A program made the position numbers and the translations under genes. The notes below the pieces were generated by a model, which had not been told where the DNA came from, did not search any database, and saw only the letters and a program-made list of their open reading frames with translations. 64,000 nucleotides of DNA from an uncultured Actinomycetes bacterium. Lineage in GTDB: Bacteria > Actinomycetota > UBA4738 > JBBDTT01. The stretch lies in the NCBI GenBank assembly GCA_963742735.1, contig CAVUMN010000004.1:1152001-1216000 (forward strand), given 5' to 3'. Below, one piece after another: positions 45,071 to 55,971 of the stretch; the stretch's first letter is position 1, and the number at the start of each line of letters is the position of its first letter.

Positions 45071-45567
45071 TGGAGAAGGTGCCCATGCCCCAGCCGGTCA
45101 AGTTCCTGCTCAACTGGGGGCGCCGCTATTCGCTGTGGGTGATGAACTTCGGCCTCGCGTGCTGCGCGATCGAGTTCATCGCCGCGTCCACCTCCAAGCA
45201 CGACTTCATCCGCCTCGGCGTGATCCCGTTCGCCCACGGGCCTCGCCAGGCGGACCTGCTGATCGTGGCGGGCACGCTCACCGACAAGATGGCGCCCGCC
45301 CTCAAGCGCGTGTACGAGCAGATCCCCGACCCGAAGTACGTGATCTCGTTCGGGTCCTGTTCGAACTGCGGTGGGCCGTACTGGGACTCGTACTCGGTGA
45401 CGAAGGGCGTCGATCAGTTCGTGCCGATCGACGTGTACGTCCCCGGGTGCCCGCCCCGCCCCGAGGCCCTGCTTCAGGGCATCGTGAAGCTCCAGGAGAA
45501 GATCGCAGGGGAAGACATCCGGGAGAAGTGGAGTGGCAAGCTCACCCAGCCCGCTTCGAGTCACTGA
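45070..45567 (+). CDS. nuoB: Complex I-like subunit B (second copy)
   Basis: [17 protein letters not shown] and [10 protein letters not shown]. Confidence 0.95.
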   Translation: MEKVPMPQPVKFLLNWGRRYSLWVMNFGLACCAIEFIAASTSKHDFIRLGVIPFAHGPRQADLLIVAGTLTDKMAPALKRVYEQIPDPKYVISFGSCSNCGGPYWDSYSVTKGVDQFVPIDVYVPGCPPRPEALLQGIVKLQEKIAGEDIREKWSGKLTQPASSH

Positions 45568-46045
45568 AGTCGCCGAGCGCCTGAAGGCGCAGTTCGGCGA
45601 CGACATCTCGGAGCTCGAGGACTCGTTCGGCCACGTCGTCGCGACGGTGGCCGCCTCGCGCTACCGCGAGCTCGCCGTCCTGGTCCGCGACGACCAGGGC
45701 ATCGGCTGTGACTTCTTCGACTTCACCACCGCCGTCGACCGCAAGGAGGAGGGGATCGACGTCGTCACCCACGTGACGAACAGCCGGACGTCGGTCGGCG
45801 TCCGGATCAAGGTCCGCCTGCCCGCCGAGAACCCCTCGATCGCCACCCTCTCCGACGTGTGGCCGGGGGCGGACTGGCACGAGCGAGAGACCTGCGAGCT
45901 CTTCGGCGTGGACTTCGAGGGTCATCCGCACCTGGTGAAGCTCGTGCTCCCCGAGCAGTTCGAGGGCCACCCCCTGCTGAAGTCCTTCGAGCTGATGAGC
46001 CGCGTCGCCAAGCCCTGGCCGGGGGATACGGAGCTTCCGGATTGA
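45533..46045 (+). CDS. nuoC: Complex I-like subunit C (second copy)
   Basis: [13 protein letters not shown] and [15 protein letters not shown]; start uncertain. Confidence 0.92.
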   Translation: MASSPSPLRVTEVAERLKAQFGDDISELEDSFGHVVATVAASRYRELAVLVRDDQGIGCDFFDFTTAVDRKEEGIDVVTHVTNSRTSVGVRIKVRLPAENPSIATLSDVWPGADWHERETCELFGVDFEGHPHLVKLVLPEQFEGHPLLKSFELMSRVAKPWPGDTELPD

Positions 46046-47043
46046 TCGCCCAGTCGGCCATCGACAACCTGATCGGTGGGTGGTGGCTCCCCCTCATCCT
46101 GAAGGTGGCGGCCGTCCTGTTCGTGTTCCTGACCGCGCCGCTGGGCGTGGGCTACATGGAGCACAAGGTCCTGGCCCACATGCAGGCCCGCCTGGGGCCC
46201 ATGGAGGCCGGCCGGTTCCACGGCTGGGCGCAGCTCATCGCCGACGGGGTGAAGTTCATCCAGAAGGAGGACGTCATCCCGCGGGCGGCCGACCGATGGA
46301 CGTTCACGCTGGCGCCGGCCGTGGTCCTGGTCCCGACGATCATGATCTTCATCGTCCTGCCGTTCGGGCAGGACTTCTACGCGGTGAACTTCGATCTGGG
46401 TCTGTTCTTCGCCCTGGCCATGTCGTCGGTCTCCGTGATCGGGATCATGATGGCCGGCTGGTCCAGCGCCAATAAGTTCTCGCTGATCGGCGCGCTGCGG
46501 GCCGCGGCCCAGCTCATCGCGTACGAGCTCCCGATGATCCTCGCCGCGGTGAGCATCGCGATGCTCGCCGGGACGCTCTCGCTGGTCGGCATCTCGGAGG
46601 CCCAGAGCTCCTACTGGTACGTGATCGTCCAGCCCGTGGGCTTCGTCATCTTCCTGATGGCCGCGGTCGCGGAGATGTCCCGGCCGCCCTTCGACATGCC
46701 GATCGCCGACTCCGAGATCATCTTCGGCGCCTACACCGAGTACACCGGCATGAAGTTCGCGTTCCTCCTTCTCACCGAGTACGCGGGGATCGTCGTGTGG
46801 TCGGGGATCGCCAGCGTGCTGTTCCTGGGGGGCTACCAGCCGCTTCCGGGCCTGGACTTCATCCCCGGGTGGATGTGGATGTTCGGCAAGATCAACGGCC
46901 TGGCGTTCTTCATCGTGTGGCTGCGGGCGACGTACCCCCGGCTGCGCGAGGACCAGCTCCAGCGGTTCTCCTGGATCGGCCTCATCCCGCTCGCCCTGGC
47001 CAACATCCTGGTCACGGCCCTCGTGAAGGTGCTGGTGAAGTAG
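46042..47043 (+). CDS. nuoH: Complex I-like subunit H (second copy)
   Basis: [29 protein letters not shown] and YPRLREDQL; TTGA overlap with nuoC. Confidence 0.95.
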   Translation: MIAQSAIDNLIGGWWLPLILKVAAVLFVFLTAPLGVGYMEHKVLAHMQARLGPMEAGRFHGWAQLIADGVKFIQKEDVIPRAADRWTFTLAPAVVLVPTIMIFIVLPFGQDFYAVNFDLGLFFALAMSSVSVIGIMMAGWSSANKFSLIGALRAAAQLIAYELPMILAAVSIAMLAGTLSLVGISEAQSSYWYVIVQPVGFVIFLMAAVAEMSRPPFDMPIADSEIIFGAYTEYTGMKFAFLLLTEYAGIVVWSGIASVLFLGGYQPLPGLDFIPGWMWMFGKINGLAFFIVWLRATYPRLREDQLQRFSWIGLIPLALANILVTALVKVLVK

Positions 47044-47045
47044 CG

Positions 47046-47933
47046 ATGCAGACCGACCAGACGCGCGGCGCCGGCGGCAACGGCCACGGGACGCCCGAGC
47101 AGCCCCTCAAGCCGCTCATCCCCGGCACCGGCCTGATCAAGGGCCTGCTGGTCACGCTGCGGACCATGCTCAAGCGCTCGGTCACCCAGCAGTACCCCCG
47201 CGTCAAGCCCGAGCTCCCGCCGCGGACCCGCGGCGTCATCGCCCTGAAGCAGGAGAACTGCACGGTCTGCTACAAGTGCTCGCGCGAGTGCCCCGACTGG
47301 TGCATCTACATCGACGCCCACAAGGAGACGCACGAGCCGGCCGGCGGCGGCCGCGGGCGGTCCGCCAAGGTCCTCGACCGCTTCGACATCGACTTCTCGC
47401 TGTGCATGTACTGCGGCATCTGCATCGAGGTCTGCCCGTTCGACGCGCTGTTCTGGACCCCGGAGTTCGAGTACTCCGAGTACCGCATCGAGGACCTGCT
47501 CCACGAGAAGGAGAAGCTGCAGGACTGGACCTACACCGTGTTGCCGCCTCCCGACCTCGAGCTGGGGGCGGAGGTGGAGGCAGAGGCAGAGAAGGAAACG
47601 GAGGCACCGGCGGCCCAACCCGCCCCGCCTGCGGCCGCCGTTCCAGTTGCCGCCGCTCCGGCGACCACGGAAGCTGCCGCACCCGCCGCGCCAGCCACGG
47701 CGGAGGCTCCGGCCGCTGAGGCTGAGCCTGCCGCTCCTCCCGAGGCTCCGGCGGCCCCTGCGGCGCCCGCAGCACCGGCGGCTCCCCGTCCCCACGTTGA
47801 ACCTGACCAGGAGACCTACGAGCGCGTCCTGGCGGACCTGCTCGCCAAGGGGACCGACAAGCGGGTGGCGGAGGGCAAGGCCAAGTCGGCGGCGATCCAG
47901 GCCGCCCGCAAGAAGGCGGAGGGCGGCGAGTGA
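47046..47933 (+). CDS. nuoI: Complex I-like subunit I (second copy) with Ala/Pro linker and C-terminal helical domain
   Basis: [12 protein letters not shown] and [12 protein letters not shown]; extension ends [27 protein letters not shown]. Confidence 0.95.
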   Translation: MQTDQTRGAGGNGHGTPEQPLKPLIPGTGLIKGLLVTLRTMLKRSVTQQYPRVKPELPPRTRGVIALKQENCTVCYKCSRECPDWCIYIDAHKETHEPAGGGRGRSAKVLDRFDIDFSLCMYCGICIEVCPFDALFWTPEFEYSEYRIEDLLHEKEKLQDWTYTVLPPPDLELGAEVEAEAEKETEAPAAQPAPPAAAVPVAAAPATTEAAAPAAPATAEAPAAEAEPAAPPEAPAAPAAPAAPAAPRPHVEPDQETYERVLADLLAKGTDKRVAEGKAKSAAIQAARKKAEGGE

Positions 47934-48439
47934 ACGCCCGCGAGATCGTCTTCGTGATCCTGGCCGTCATCGGAGGCGTCGGCGCCGTCCGGCTCGTCAC
48001 GGCCAAGAACGTCGTGCACGCCGCCCTGAACCTGGTGGTCACGCTGGCCATGGTCGCCGGGGTCTACCTGCTGCTGGCCGCCGAGTTCGTGGCCTGGGTC
48101 CAGGTGCTGATCTACGTCGGCGCGATCGTCGTGCTGCTGCTGTTCAGCCTGATGCTCACCAAGGCCCCGATCGGCCGTGAGGCCCTCGACAACCAGCAGC
48201 GCGGCGTCGCGGCGGTCGTCGCCGCGGCCGTCCTGGCCGGCCTGGGCTACGTCATCCGCGACGCCTTCCACGGCGAGTCGATCGCCCTGGACACGGTCAC
48301 CACCGGCGACGTGGGCCTGTCGCTGTTCCGGTCCTACGTCCTGCCGTTCGAGGTCGTCTCGTTCCTGCTGCTGGCCGCCCTGATCGGCGCGATCGTCATC
48401 GCCCGCAAGGACGAGCCCACCGAGCCGGGGCGCCGATGA
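47930..48439 (+). CDS. nuoJ: Complex I-like subunit J (second copy)
   Basis: [12 protein letters not shown] and [11 protein letters not shown]. Confidence 0.93.
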   Translation: MNAREIVFVILAVIGGVGAVRLVTAKNVVHAALNLVVTLAMVAGVYLLLAAEFVAWVQVLIYVGAIVVLLLFSLMLTKAPIGREALDNQQRGVAAVVAAAVLAGLGYVIRDAFHGESIALDTVTTGDVGLSLFRSYVLPFEVVSFLLLAALIGAIVIARKDEPTEPGRR

Positions 48440-48744
48440 TCGACCTCCCCCTCGTCCTGATCTTCTCGGCCTTCCTGTTCTCCTGCGGGGTGTTCGGGGT
48501 GCTGGCTCGGCGCAACGCGGTGCTGGTCCTCATGTCTATCGAGCTGATGCTGAACGCCGTCAACGTGAACCTGGTGGCGTTCTCGCAGTACCTGAAGGAC
48601 GGGCTGATCGGCGGACAGATCTTCGCCCTGTTCGTGATCGCCGTCGCCGCGGCGGAGGTCGGCATCGGCCTCGCGATCGTGATCCTCATCTTCCGCAACC
48701 GCGAGACGGTGAACGTCGACGAGGTCAACCTCCTGAAATGGTGA
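48436..48744 (+). CDS. nuoK: Complex I-like subunit K (second copy)
   Basis: [12 protein letters not shown] and [10 protein letters not shown]. Confidence 0.95.
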   Translation: MIDLPLVLIFSAFLFSCGVFGVLARRNAVLVLMSIELMLNAVNVNLVAFSQYLKDGLIGGQIFALFVIAVAAAEVGIGLAIVILIFRNRETVNVDEVNLLKW

Positions 48745-48760
48745 GCCCGGAGCCGCGCCC

Positions 48761-50695
48761 GTGATGGACAACGCCTGGCTGATCCCACTGTTCCCGCTGG
48801 GGGCGTTCTTCCTCATCCTGTTCTTCGGCAAGAAGCTCCCCGGCAGGGGCGCTCCGATCGGGATCGCGGCGATCGCCGCCTCGTTCGTCATCTCCGTGAT
48901 GGTGCTGTTGGACGTCGCCCGCGGCGCCGAGAACGTGGAGCGTTCCATCGAGTGGTTCTCGGTAGGGAGCTTCCGCCTGGAGCTGGGGATGGCCATCGAC
49001 GGGCTTGCCGCCGTGATGTTCGTCGTGGTCACCACGGTCTCGCTGTGCGTCCAGGTGTACTCGCTCGGCTACATGCACGGGGACCAGCGGTACACGTGGT
49101 TCTATGCCGTGCTGTCGCTGTTCACGGCGGCGATGCTGAACGTCGTCATCGCGAACAACCTCTTCCAGCTTCTGGTGGGCTGGGAGGTCATGGGGGTCTG
49201 CTCCTACTTCCTGATCGGTCACTGGTGGGAGGAGAAGACCAACTCCGACGCCTCGATCAAGGCGTTCATCGTGACTCGAACCGGAGACATCCCCTTCCTG
49301 TTCGGGATCTTCGTGCTGACGGTGGCGGCCGGGTTCGACACCAACATCGGCCACATCACCGAGCTTGCCGAGCACGGGGAGATCCCCCAGTTTCTGCTGA
49401 CCGCCGGGGCGCTGCTTCTGTTCGGGGGCGCGATCGGCAAGTCCGCGCAGTTCCCCCTGCACGTGTGGCTCCCCGACGCCATGGCCGGACCCACGCCCGT
49501 CTCCGCCCTGATCCACGCGGCGACGATGGTCGCCGCCGGCGTCTATCTCGTCGGCCGCCTGTTCCTGGTCTTCATCCACGCCGGCGCCGTGACCCTGCAG
49601 TTCGTCTCGATCATCGCGTCGATCACCATGCTCATCGCCGCCCTGCTGGCCATCGTTCAGGACGACCTCAAACGGGTCCTGGCGTACTCGACCGTGTCCC
49701 AGCTCGCCTACATGGTGGCCGGGCTCTCGCTCGGCGAGGCCGGCTACACGGCGGGGCTGTTCCACCTGTTTACGCACGCGTTCTTCAAGGCCCTGCTGTT
49801 CCTCGGGGCGGGATCGGTGATCCACGCGGTCCACTCGAACAACATGAGCGAGATGGGCGGGCTGCGATCGAAGATGCCCATCACGTTCTGGACGTTTCTC
49901 ATCGGCTCGGCAGCCCTCGCCGGCATCCCGCCTCTGGCCGGGTTCTGGTCCAAGGACGAGATCCTCACGGTCGCGTTCGAGGGCAAGCACTATCTGGTGT
50001 GGGGCGTCGCGGCGCTGACCGCGATCCTCACCGCCTTCTATATGACCCGCGCGGTCCTGATGACCTTCTACGGGACGTACCGGGGTCACGGCGAGCCGCA
50101 CGAGTCGCCGCGCACGATCACCGGCCCGCTCGTCGCCCTGGCGGGACTCGCCGCCGTCGCCGGGCTGCTCAACGCGGCGCCGTTCGGCTGGCACGCGTTC
50201 TCGGACTGGGTGTTCGTGGGCCACGAGGCGCACCACGGCGAGTTCAACTACGGGATCGCCGGCTTCTCGGTCATCGCCGCGCTCGCGGCGATCGCGTTCG
50301 GCTATCGCCTCTACGCCACGTGGCGGGAGCGCGATCCCGTCCGCGCGCTCGGTCCCGTGTACACGCTCCTCGAGAACAAGTACTACCTGGACGACATCTA
50401 CATGAAGGGCATCGTCCGGCCCATCCAGTACAAGCTCTCCGCCGCCACGAATTGGTTCAATCAGCACGTGCTCGACGGGATCGTCCACGGCACCGCGGCG
50501 CTGGCCCGCGGCCTGGCCGGGGCCGTGAACGTGGTCGACAAACGCGTCGTCGACGGCGCGGTGAACGGCGCCGCGGGGCTCACCGGCTTCACCGGCGGCC
50601 TCCTTCGCTACCTGCAGACCGGCAACGTGCAGCGGTACGCCGTGTTCCTGTTCGCCGGCGTGGTGATCATGGCCATCGTCTTCACGAGACTCTGA
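48761..50695 (+). CDS. nuoL: Complex I-like subunit L (second copy)
   Basis: [32 protein letters not shown] and [10 protein letters not shown]. Confidence 0.96.
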   Translation: MMDNAWLIPLFPLGAFFLILFFGKKLPGRGAPIGIAAIAASFVISVMVLLDVARGAENVERSIEWFSVGSFRLELGMAIDGLAAVMFVVVTTVSLCVQVYSLGYMHGDQRYTWFYAVLSLFTAAMLNVVIANNLFQLLVGWEVMGVCSYFLIGHWWEEKTNSDASIKAFIVTRTGDIPFLFGIFVLTVAAGFDTNIGHITELAEHGEIPQFLLTAGALLLFGGAIGKSAQFPLHVWLPDAMAGPTPVSALIHAATMVAAGVYLVGRLFLVFIHAGAVTLQFVSIIASITMLIAALLAIVQDDLKRVLAYSTVSQLAYMVAGLSLGEAGYTAGLFHLFTHAFFKALLFLGAGSVIHAVHSNNMSEMGGLRSKMPITFWTFLIGSAALAGIPPLAGFWSKDEILTVAFEGKHYLVWGVAALTAILTAFYMTRAVLMTFYGTYRGHGEPHESPRTITGPLVALAGLAAVAGLLNAAPFGWHAFSDWVFVGHEAHHGEFNYGIAGFSVIAALAAIAFGYRLYATWRERDPVRALGPVYTLLENKYYLDDIYMKGIVRPIQYKLSAATNWFNQHVLDGIVHGTAALARGLAGAVNVVDKRVVDGAVNGAAGLTGFTGGLLRYLQTGNVQRYAVFLFAGVVIMAIVFTRL

Positions 50696-50735
50696 CGGAA
50701 AGGGACCCGATGACCGACCGGAAGGGATACGCCCG

Positions 50736-52268
50736 ATGACCTGGTTCGACGAGTGGTCGATCTCGCTCGCCGTGTTCCTGCCGGTGGTGGGCGCGGTCGC
50801 GGTCGCGATGGTCCCCAAGGAGCGCGACCGCGTGGTCCGCGCCATGTTCCTGCTGTTCACGGCGGCCCCGCTCCTGGTCGCCACGATCATCGCGTTCAAG
50901 TTCGACTACGGAGCCGGCGGCGCGTTCGGCCGGGGGAGCGGCCTGCAGTTCGAGGCGAACGTGAGCTGGATCGAGGCGTTCGGGGCCCGGTATCACGTCG
51001 GCCTCGACGGGATCAGCCTCCCGCTGTTCGTCCTGACGTTCCTGCTCACGTTCCTGTGCGCGATCTACACGTGGAAGTGGCTCCCGGAGCCGGGGCGGCC
51101 CAAGGCGTTCGTCGCCCTCATCATGCTCCTGGAGACCGGGATGGCCGGCACGTTCGTGGCCTTCGACCTGGTCCTGTTCTTCGTGTTCTGGGAGCTGGTC
51201 CTGGTCCCGATGTATTTCCTCATCGGGGTGTGGGGCGGGCCCAACCGCGAGTACGCGGCCATCAAGTTCTTCCTGTACACGGTGTTCGGGAGCGTGTTCA
51301 TGCTCCTGGGGTTCCTGGCGATGTTCTTCCGGTCTGACCCCCACACGTTCGACATCATCCAGCTGCAGCAGGCCGGCTTCGAGCCCGGGCTGCAGAACCT
51401 GATCTTCGCGGGCCTGTTCCTGGGCTTCGCCATCAAGGTCCCGATGTGGCCGTTCCACACGTGGCTTCCCGACGCCCATACCGAGGCGCCCACCGTGGGC
51501 TCGGTCCTGCTGGCCGGGATCCTGCTGAAGATGGGGACCTACGGGTTCGTGCGGATCGCCCTGCCGCTGCTGCCCGACGCGGCCCGCGCGTGGGCCCCGT
51601 GGATCGGGATCCTGGCGGCGATCGCCATCGTCTACGCGGCCCTGGCCTGCCTGGCCCAACGCAACATCAAACGATTGATCGCGTTCTCCTCCGTGGGCCA
51701 CATGGGCTTCGTCATGCTCGGCATCGCCACCCTCACCGAGATCGGGATCAGCGCGGCCGTCTACAACATGGTGGCCCACGGGATCATCACCGGCATGCTG
51801 TTCTTCGTGGCCGGCTCCATCAAGGAGCGCTACCACGTCTACGAGATCGAGGAGATCGGCGGCGGCATGCTCCAGAAGCTGCCCTACCTCGCCGGGATCC
51901 TCACGTTCACCGCGATCGCCTCGCTCGGGCTGCCCGGGCTCGCCGGGTTCTGGGGTGAGGTCATGGCGCTGCTGTCCTCGTACAGCCCGGCCGAGGGCCT
52001 GTCCCTGACCCTGTTCCGCACCCTGATGGTGGCCGGGGGCATCGGAACGATCCTGACGGCCGGCTACTTCCTGTGGATGCTCCAGCGGGTCAATCTCGGG
52101 ACGGTCCCGGACCAATGGGCCGGCAAGCCCCTCGCCGACGTGAACTCCATGGAGTGGGCGTCGTGGACGCCGCTGCTGGCGGGGATCCTGCTGCTCGGCG
52201 TGTTCCCGCGGGTGGTCTTCGGCGTGACGAACGAGGCGGTCTCCGGCCTGATCCGGTTGCTGACCTGA
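50736..52268 (+). CDS. nuoM: Complex I-like subunit M (second copy)
   Basis: IKVPMWPFHTWLPDAHTEAPT and KRLIAFSSVGH. Confidence 0.96.
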   Translation: MTWFDEWSISLAVFLPVVGAVAVAMVPKERDRVVRAMFLLFTAAPLLVATIIAFKFDYGAGGAFGRGSGLQFEANVSWIEAFGARYHVGLDGISLPLFVLTFLLTFLCAIYTWKWLPEPGRPKAFVALIMLLETGMAGTFVAFDLVLFFVFWELVLVPMYFLIGVWGGPNREYAAIKFFLYTVFGSVFMLLGFLAMFFRSDPHTFDIIQLQQAGFEPGLQNLIFAGLFLGFAIKVPMWPFHTWLPDAHTEAPTVGSVLLAGILLKMGTYGFVRIALPLLPDAARAWAPWIGILAAIAIVYAALACLAQRNIKRLIAFSSVGHMGFVMLGIATLTEIGISAAVYNMVAHGIITGMLFFVAGSIKERYHVYEIEEIGGGMLQKLPYLAGILTFTAIASLGLPGLAGFWGEVMALLSSYSPAEGLSLTLFRTLMVAGGIGTILTAGYFLWMLQRVNLGTVPDQWAGKPLADVNSMEWASWTPLLAGILLLGVFPRVVFGVTNEAVSGLIRLLT

Positions 52269-53719
52269 TGCCCCAGATCGACTACCACGCGATCCTGCCG
52301 GAGCTCGTGCTGTCGGGCACGATCTTCCTGGTGCTCGCCGTGGACCTGGCGCTGCCGCCGCACCGCAAGTGGTGGGCCATGCCGATCTCGTTCCTGGGAA
52401 CCTCCGCCGCGCTGGTCGCCACCCTCACCCTGATCGGTTCGGACCGCGTCACGTTCGGAACCTACGTCATCGACAACTTCGCGGTGCTGTTCAAGGTGTT
52501 CTTCCTGGTGACCGCCCTGATCGTGCTGCTGCTGTCGCAGCGGTACTTCCAGGAGGGCCGCTACTACCAGGGCGAGTACTACTTCCTGCTCCTGTCGGCG
52601 TTCCTGGGCATGCTCACCATGCCGTCCTCGCGTGACCTGCTGATGTTGTTCATCTCCCTGGAGCTGGTCTCGGCTCCGGCGTTCCTGATGGCGGGGCTGC
52701 GCAAGCGGGACCCGAGGTCCAACGAGGCCGCCCTGAAGTTCTTCCTGATCGGCGTGCTGTCCACCGCGGTGATGCTCTACGGCATGAGCCTGATCTACGG
52801 GGTGACGGGGACGATCACCCTCGCCGGCATCCGCGAGGGCCTGGCCGGGGCCGCCGGCGACAGCCCGCTCGCCCTCGCCGCAATCCTGTTCGTGGTGGTC
52901 GGGTTCGCGTTCAAGGTCAGCGCCGTGCCGTTCCAGTTCTGGGCGCCGGACACCTACGAGGGCTCCCCGGTCCCGGTCGCCGCGTTCCTCTCGGTCAGCT
53001 CGAAGGCCGCCGGGTTCGCCGGCCTGCTCCAGCTGATGTTCGTCGCGTTCGCGCCCCAGGCCGCGTTCTGGACTCCCATCTTCGCCTTCCTCTCGGTGGC
53101 GACCATGAGCATCGGCAACCTGGTCGCCCTGCAGCAGCGCCAGGTGGTCCGGCTGTTCGCGTACTCGAGCATCGCCCAGAGCGGCTACATGCTGCTCCCG
53201 TTCGCCCTGGCCGGCGTTTCCCCCTCGATCGACCAGGCGGCGTTCGCCGCCTCCGTCTTCTACATCCTGGTGTACGCGGTGATGAACCTCGGCGCGTTCG
53301 GCGTGCTGGTGGCGGTGAGCCGGGAGGCCCCCGGTCTGCTCATCCAGGACTTTGCCGGGCTGTCCCGCCGCGCCCCGGCGATGACCGGCGCGATGATCCT
53401 GTTCCTGGTGTCCCTGGCCGGCATCCCGTTCTTCGCGGCCGGCTTCTGGGGCAAGTTCTTCATCTTCAGTGCGGCCGTCGACGCGAACCAGGCCTGGCTC
53501 GCGATCGTCATGGTCGTGAACTCCGTGATCTCGGTCGTGTACTACATGGCGATCGCGAAGCAGATGATGTTCGTGGACGTCGAGGGGGCCAAGCCGCTGC
53601 GCGTGCCACGCCTGGTCACCGCGGTCATCGGGCTGAGCGCGCTGACGATCATCGCCGTCGGGATCTTCCCGGACCTGTTCGCGCACTTCCCTCCGCTGTC
53701 GACCCTGGTCGCGCGCTAG
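52268..53719 (+). CDS. nuoN: Complex I-like subunit N (second copy)
   Basis: FKVSAVPFQFWAPDTYEGSP and RLFAYSSIAQ. Confidence 0.96.
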   Translation: MPQIDYHAILPELVLSGTIFLVLAVDLALPPHRKWWAMPISFLGTSAALVATLTLIGSDRVTFGTYVIDNFAVLFKVFFLVTALIVLLLSQRYFQEGRYYQGEYYFLLLSAFLGMLTMPSSRDLLMLFISLELVSAPAFLMAGLRKRDPRSNEAALKFFLIGVLSTAVMLYGMSLIYGVTGTITLAGIREGLAGAAGDSPLALAAILFVVVGFAFKVSAVPFQFWAPDTYEGSPVPVAAFLSVSSKAAGFAGLLQLMFVAFAPQAAFWTPIFAFLSVATMSIGNLVALQQRQVVRLFAYSSIAQSGYMLLPFALAGVSPSIDQAAFAASVFYILVYAVMNLGAFGVLVAVSREAPGLLIQDFAGLSRRAPAMTGAMILFLVSLAGIPFFAAGFWGKFFIFSAAVDANQAWLAIVMVVNSVISVVYYMAIAKQMMFVDVEGAKPLRVPRLVTAVIGLSALTIIAVGIFPDLFAHFPPLSTLVAR

Positions 53720-53723
53720 CTCA

Positions 53724-53740
53724 GCCCCCGCTCCGGGGGC
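53724..53740 (+). terminator. GC-rich hairpin after the second nuoN
   Basis: GCCCCCG-CTC-CGGGGGC stem-loop 4 nt after the stop; no U tract. Confidence 0.4.
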
Positions 53741-53807
53741 CCTCGAAATCCGGTCGTGCCCGGTACCCTGGGTAGTACTGGACGTGCTCTCCGAAGGAGC
53801 GAGGAAC

Positions 53808-54650
53808 GTGAACCGAGCCAAGACCTGGATCCTGATCGCCGGCCTGATGGGCCTGTTCGTGGCGATCGGAAGCCTCATCGGCGGACGGGGCGGAGCGACC
53901 GTGGCGCTCGGCCTGGCGTTCGTCTTCAACTTCGCCATGTACTGGATGAGCGACCGCATCGCGCTGGCCACCACCCGCTCCAAGCCGGTGACCGAGGCCG
54001 AGTTCCCCGAGTACCACGCGATCGTCCGCGAGCTCGCCGCGCAGAAGCGCATCCCCATGCCCAGGCTCTACGTCAGCGAGATGGACCAGCCGAACGCCTT
54101 CGCCACCGGGCGCAACCCCGAGCACGCGGCGGTCTCGGTCACCCGCGGCATCGTGAACATCCTCGACGAGCGCGAGCTTCGCGGCGTGCTCGCCCACGAG
54201 CTGTCGCACGTCCTCAATCGCGACATCCTGATCAACACGATCGCCGCAGCCATCGGCACCGCGATCAGCTACCTGGCGATGATGGTGTTCTGGTTCGGCG
54301 GGGACGACGACGACAACCCGCTGGGGATCTTCGGGGTGCTGCTGGTGTGGCTCCTGGCGCCGATCGCGGCCGCGATCATCCAGATGGCCATCTCTCGCTC
54401 CCGCGAGTTCCAGGCCGACGAGTCGGGCGCCCACCTGTCGAAGGATCCCGAGGCCCTGGCGAGCGCGCTGGCCAAGCTCGAGCAGACCGCGAGGCAGGTC
54501 CCGGCCCGCGTGGCCCCGGCCCAGGCCCACATGTTCATCGTGAACCCGCTGGCCGGCGTTCGAGGAGGCGTGTCCGGGCTGTTCTCGACCCATCCGCCGA
54601 CCGAGGAGCGCATCCGGCGGCTGCGGGAGCTGGCGCCGCACATCCGCTGA
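53808..54650 (+). CDS. htpX: Zinc metalloprotease HtpX
   Basis: PNAFATGRNP, LAHELSH, SRSREFQAD and STHPP. Confidence 0.95.
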   Translation: MNRAKTWILIAGLMGLFVAIGSLIGGRGGATVALGLAFVFNFAMYWMSDRIALATTRSKPVTEAEFPEYHAIVRELAAQKRIPMPRLYVSEMDQPNAFATGRNPEHAAVSVTRGIVNILDERELRGVLAHELSHVLNRDILINTIAAAIGTAISYLAMMVFWFGGDDDDNPLGIFGVLLVWLLAPIAAAIIQMAISRSREFQADESGAHLSKDPEALASALAKLEQTARQVPARVAPAQAHMFIVNPLAGVRGGVSGLFSTHPPTEERIRRLRELAPHIR

Positions 54651-54821
54651 AACCGGGACGAATCGACCGATCGGCCACCCCTGAGGGCGATTCGGGCGAG
54701 ACGTTCGCCTTCGTCCGGCCCTTCCGGTATGGTCCCGCGCAACGTGCAGGACTTCCGCCCGCGCCACGCGAAGTTCATGAGACCCCGACCGGGTGCCGAT
54801 ACCCCCTGGCGGAGGGTTGAT

Positions 54822-55971
54822 ATGCGGACGAGTCGACGGATCGCGGTTGCGGGAGCACTGCTGGTGGCGCTGACGGTCGCGCTGCCCACTGCCGGCAACG
54901 CCCTTCCGCCCATCCCGCTCCCGTCGATCTTCCCCTCGCCGTCGCCGAGCCCCTCGGTGCAGCCCCCGCGCCCGTCGCCGACCGGGAGCCCCCACGGCGA
55001 CGGCCCGAACGCCGGGACCGACGGCGTCGCCACCCCCGACGGAAAGACCCCGCCGTTCCGCCTGACCGGGCCGAACAACACCGCGAAGCTCGTGGAGACC
55101 CTGTCCGAGCTGACCCGGCTCGGGATCCCGCTGAAGCGCGCGCTGATCTCCGGGATGGGCCGGCTCCCCGTCGCGGGGATCGCCTACTGGTCCGACGACT
55201 GGCACGCTCCCCGGTGCTGCCCCGAGCCCCACGAGCACCAGGGCCTCGACGTGTTCGCGCCGAAGAACGCGCCGGCCCTCGCCGTCGCCGAGGGCACGGT
55301 CACCCGGATCGTGAACGGCCCCGTGAGCGGCAAGGCCATCTACCTCACCGACGCCCACGGCACCTACTACTTCTACGGCCACCTGAACGGCTTCGCGAAG
55401 GAGCTCCGTGAGGGCCAGGAGGTCCACATCGGCCAGGTCCTCGGCTACGTCGGCAACACCGGGAACGCGGTCGGCACGCCGGCCCACATCCACTTCGAGG
55501 TCCACCCCGGCGGCGGCGTCGCGGTTCCTCCCAAGCCGCACCTCGACCGGTGGCTCGCCCAGGCCGAGCGCGAGGCCGAGGCGATGATCGCCCGCCGCGC
55601 CGACGAGCTCGCGATGGCCGAGCGCGTCGACTTCCGCCTCCGCCGCGCGTTCGACCTCGAGGGCGGCCGGCGCGATCGGCTCCAGCGCCCAGCAGTTCCT
55701 GTTCTTCGCGGGGATGCAGCCCGCGGTCTCCTCGCTGGAGATGGCCCAGCAGACACTGGGACAGATGGCCTGGGAGATCGACTGGGCCGACCTCGCCGAC
55801 GTCGAGCTGGCCGAGCTGGCCCGGCAGGTCGCGGCGCTGCAGACCGAGGCCGGATCGCTGGCCGTCTCGCCGTGGGGTCCGTTCGGGCCCGCGCTGATGT
55901 CCGTCCGAGCAGGTCTACGGGGCCCCGACCGGGGACTGACGCTCGCCGCCCCTACGGGCGGAAGTTCGTGA
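54822..55971 (+). CDS. Secreted M23 family metallopeptidase (apparent frameshift near 55670; 3' end uncertain, 55939 or 55971)
   Basis: GGAGG RBS, signal peptide, HQGLD, YGHL and HIHFE; coding-like C-terminus continues in ORF 55714..55971. Confidence 0.85.

Noticed and set aside
54651-54821. c-di-AMP (ydaO) riboswitch upstream of the M23 peptidase
   Set aside because: The context fits, but the conserved GAATC, GGGGAAC and CCGTCAGCTAA elements are not arranged as required; an Rfam scan would settle it
55660-55971. Separate gene 55714..55971, or an M23 protein running to 56060
   Set aside because: Codon pattern indicates one gene with one or two indels; the 56060 end would overlap yajQ extensively
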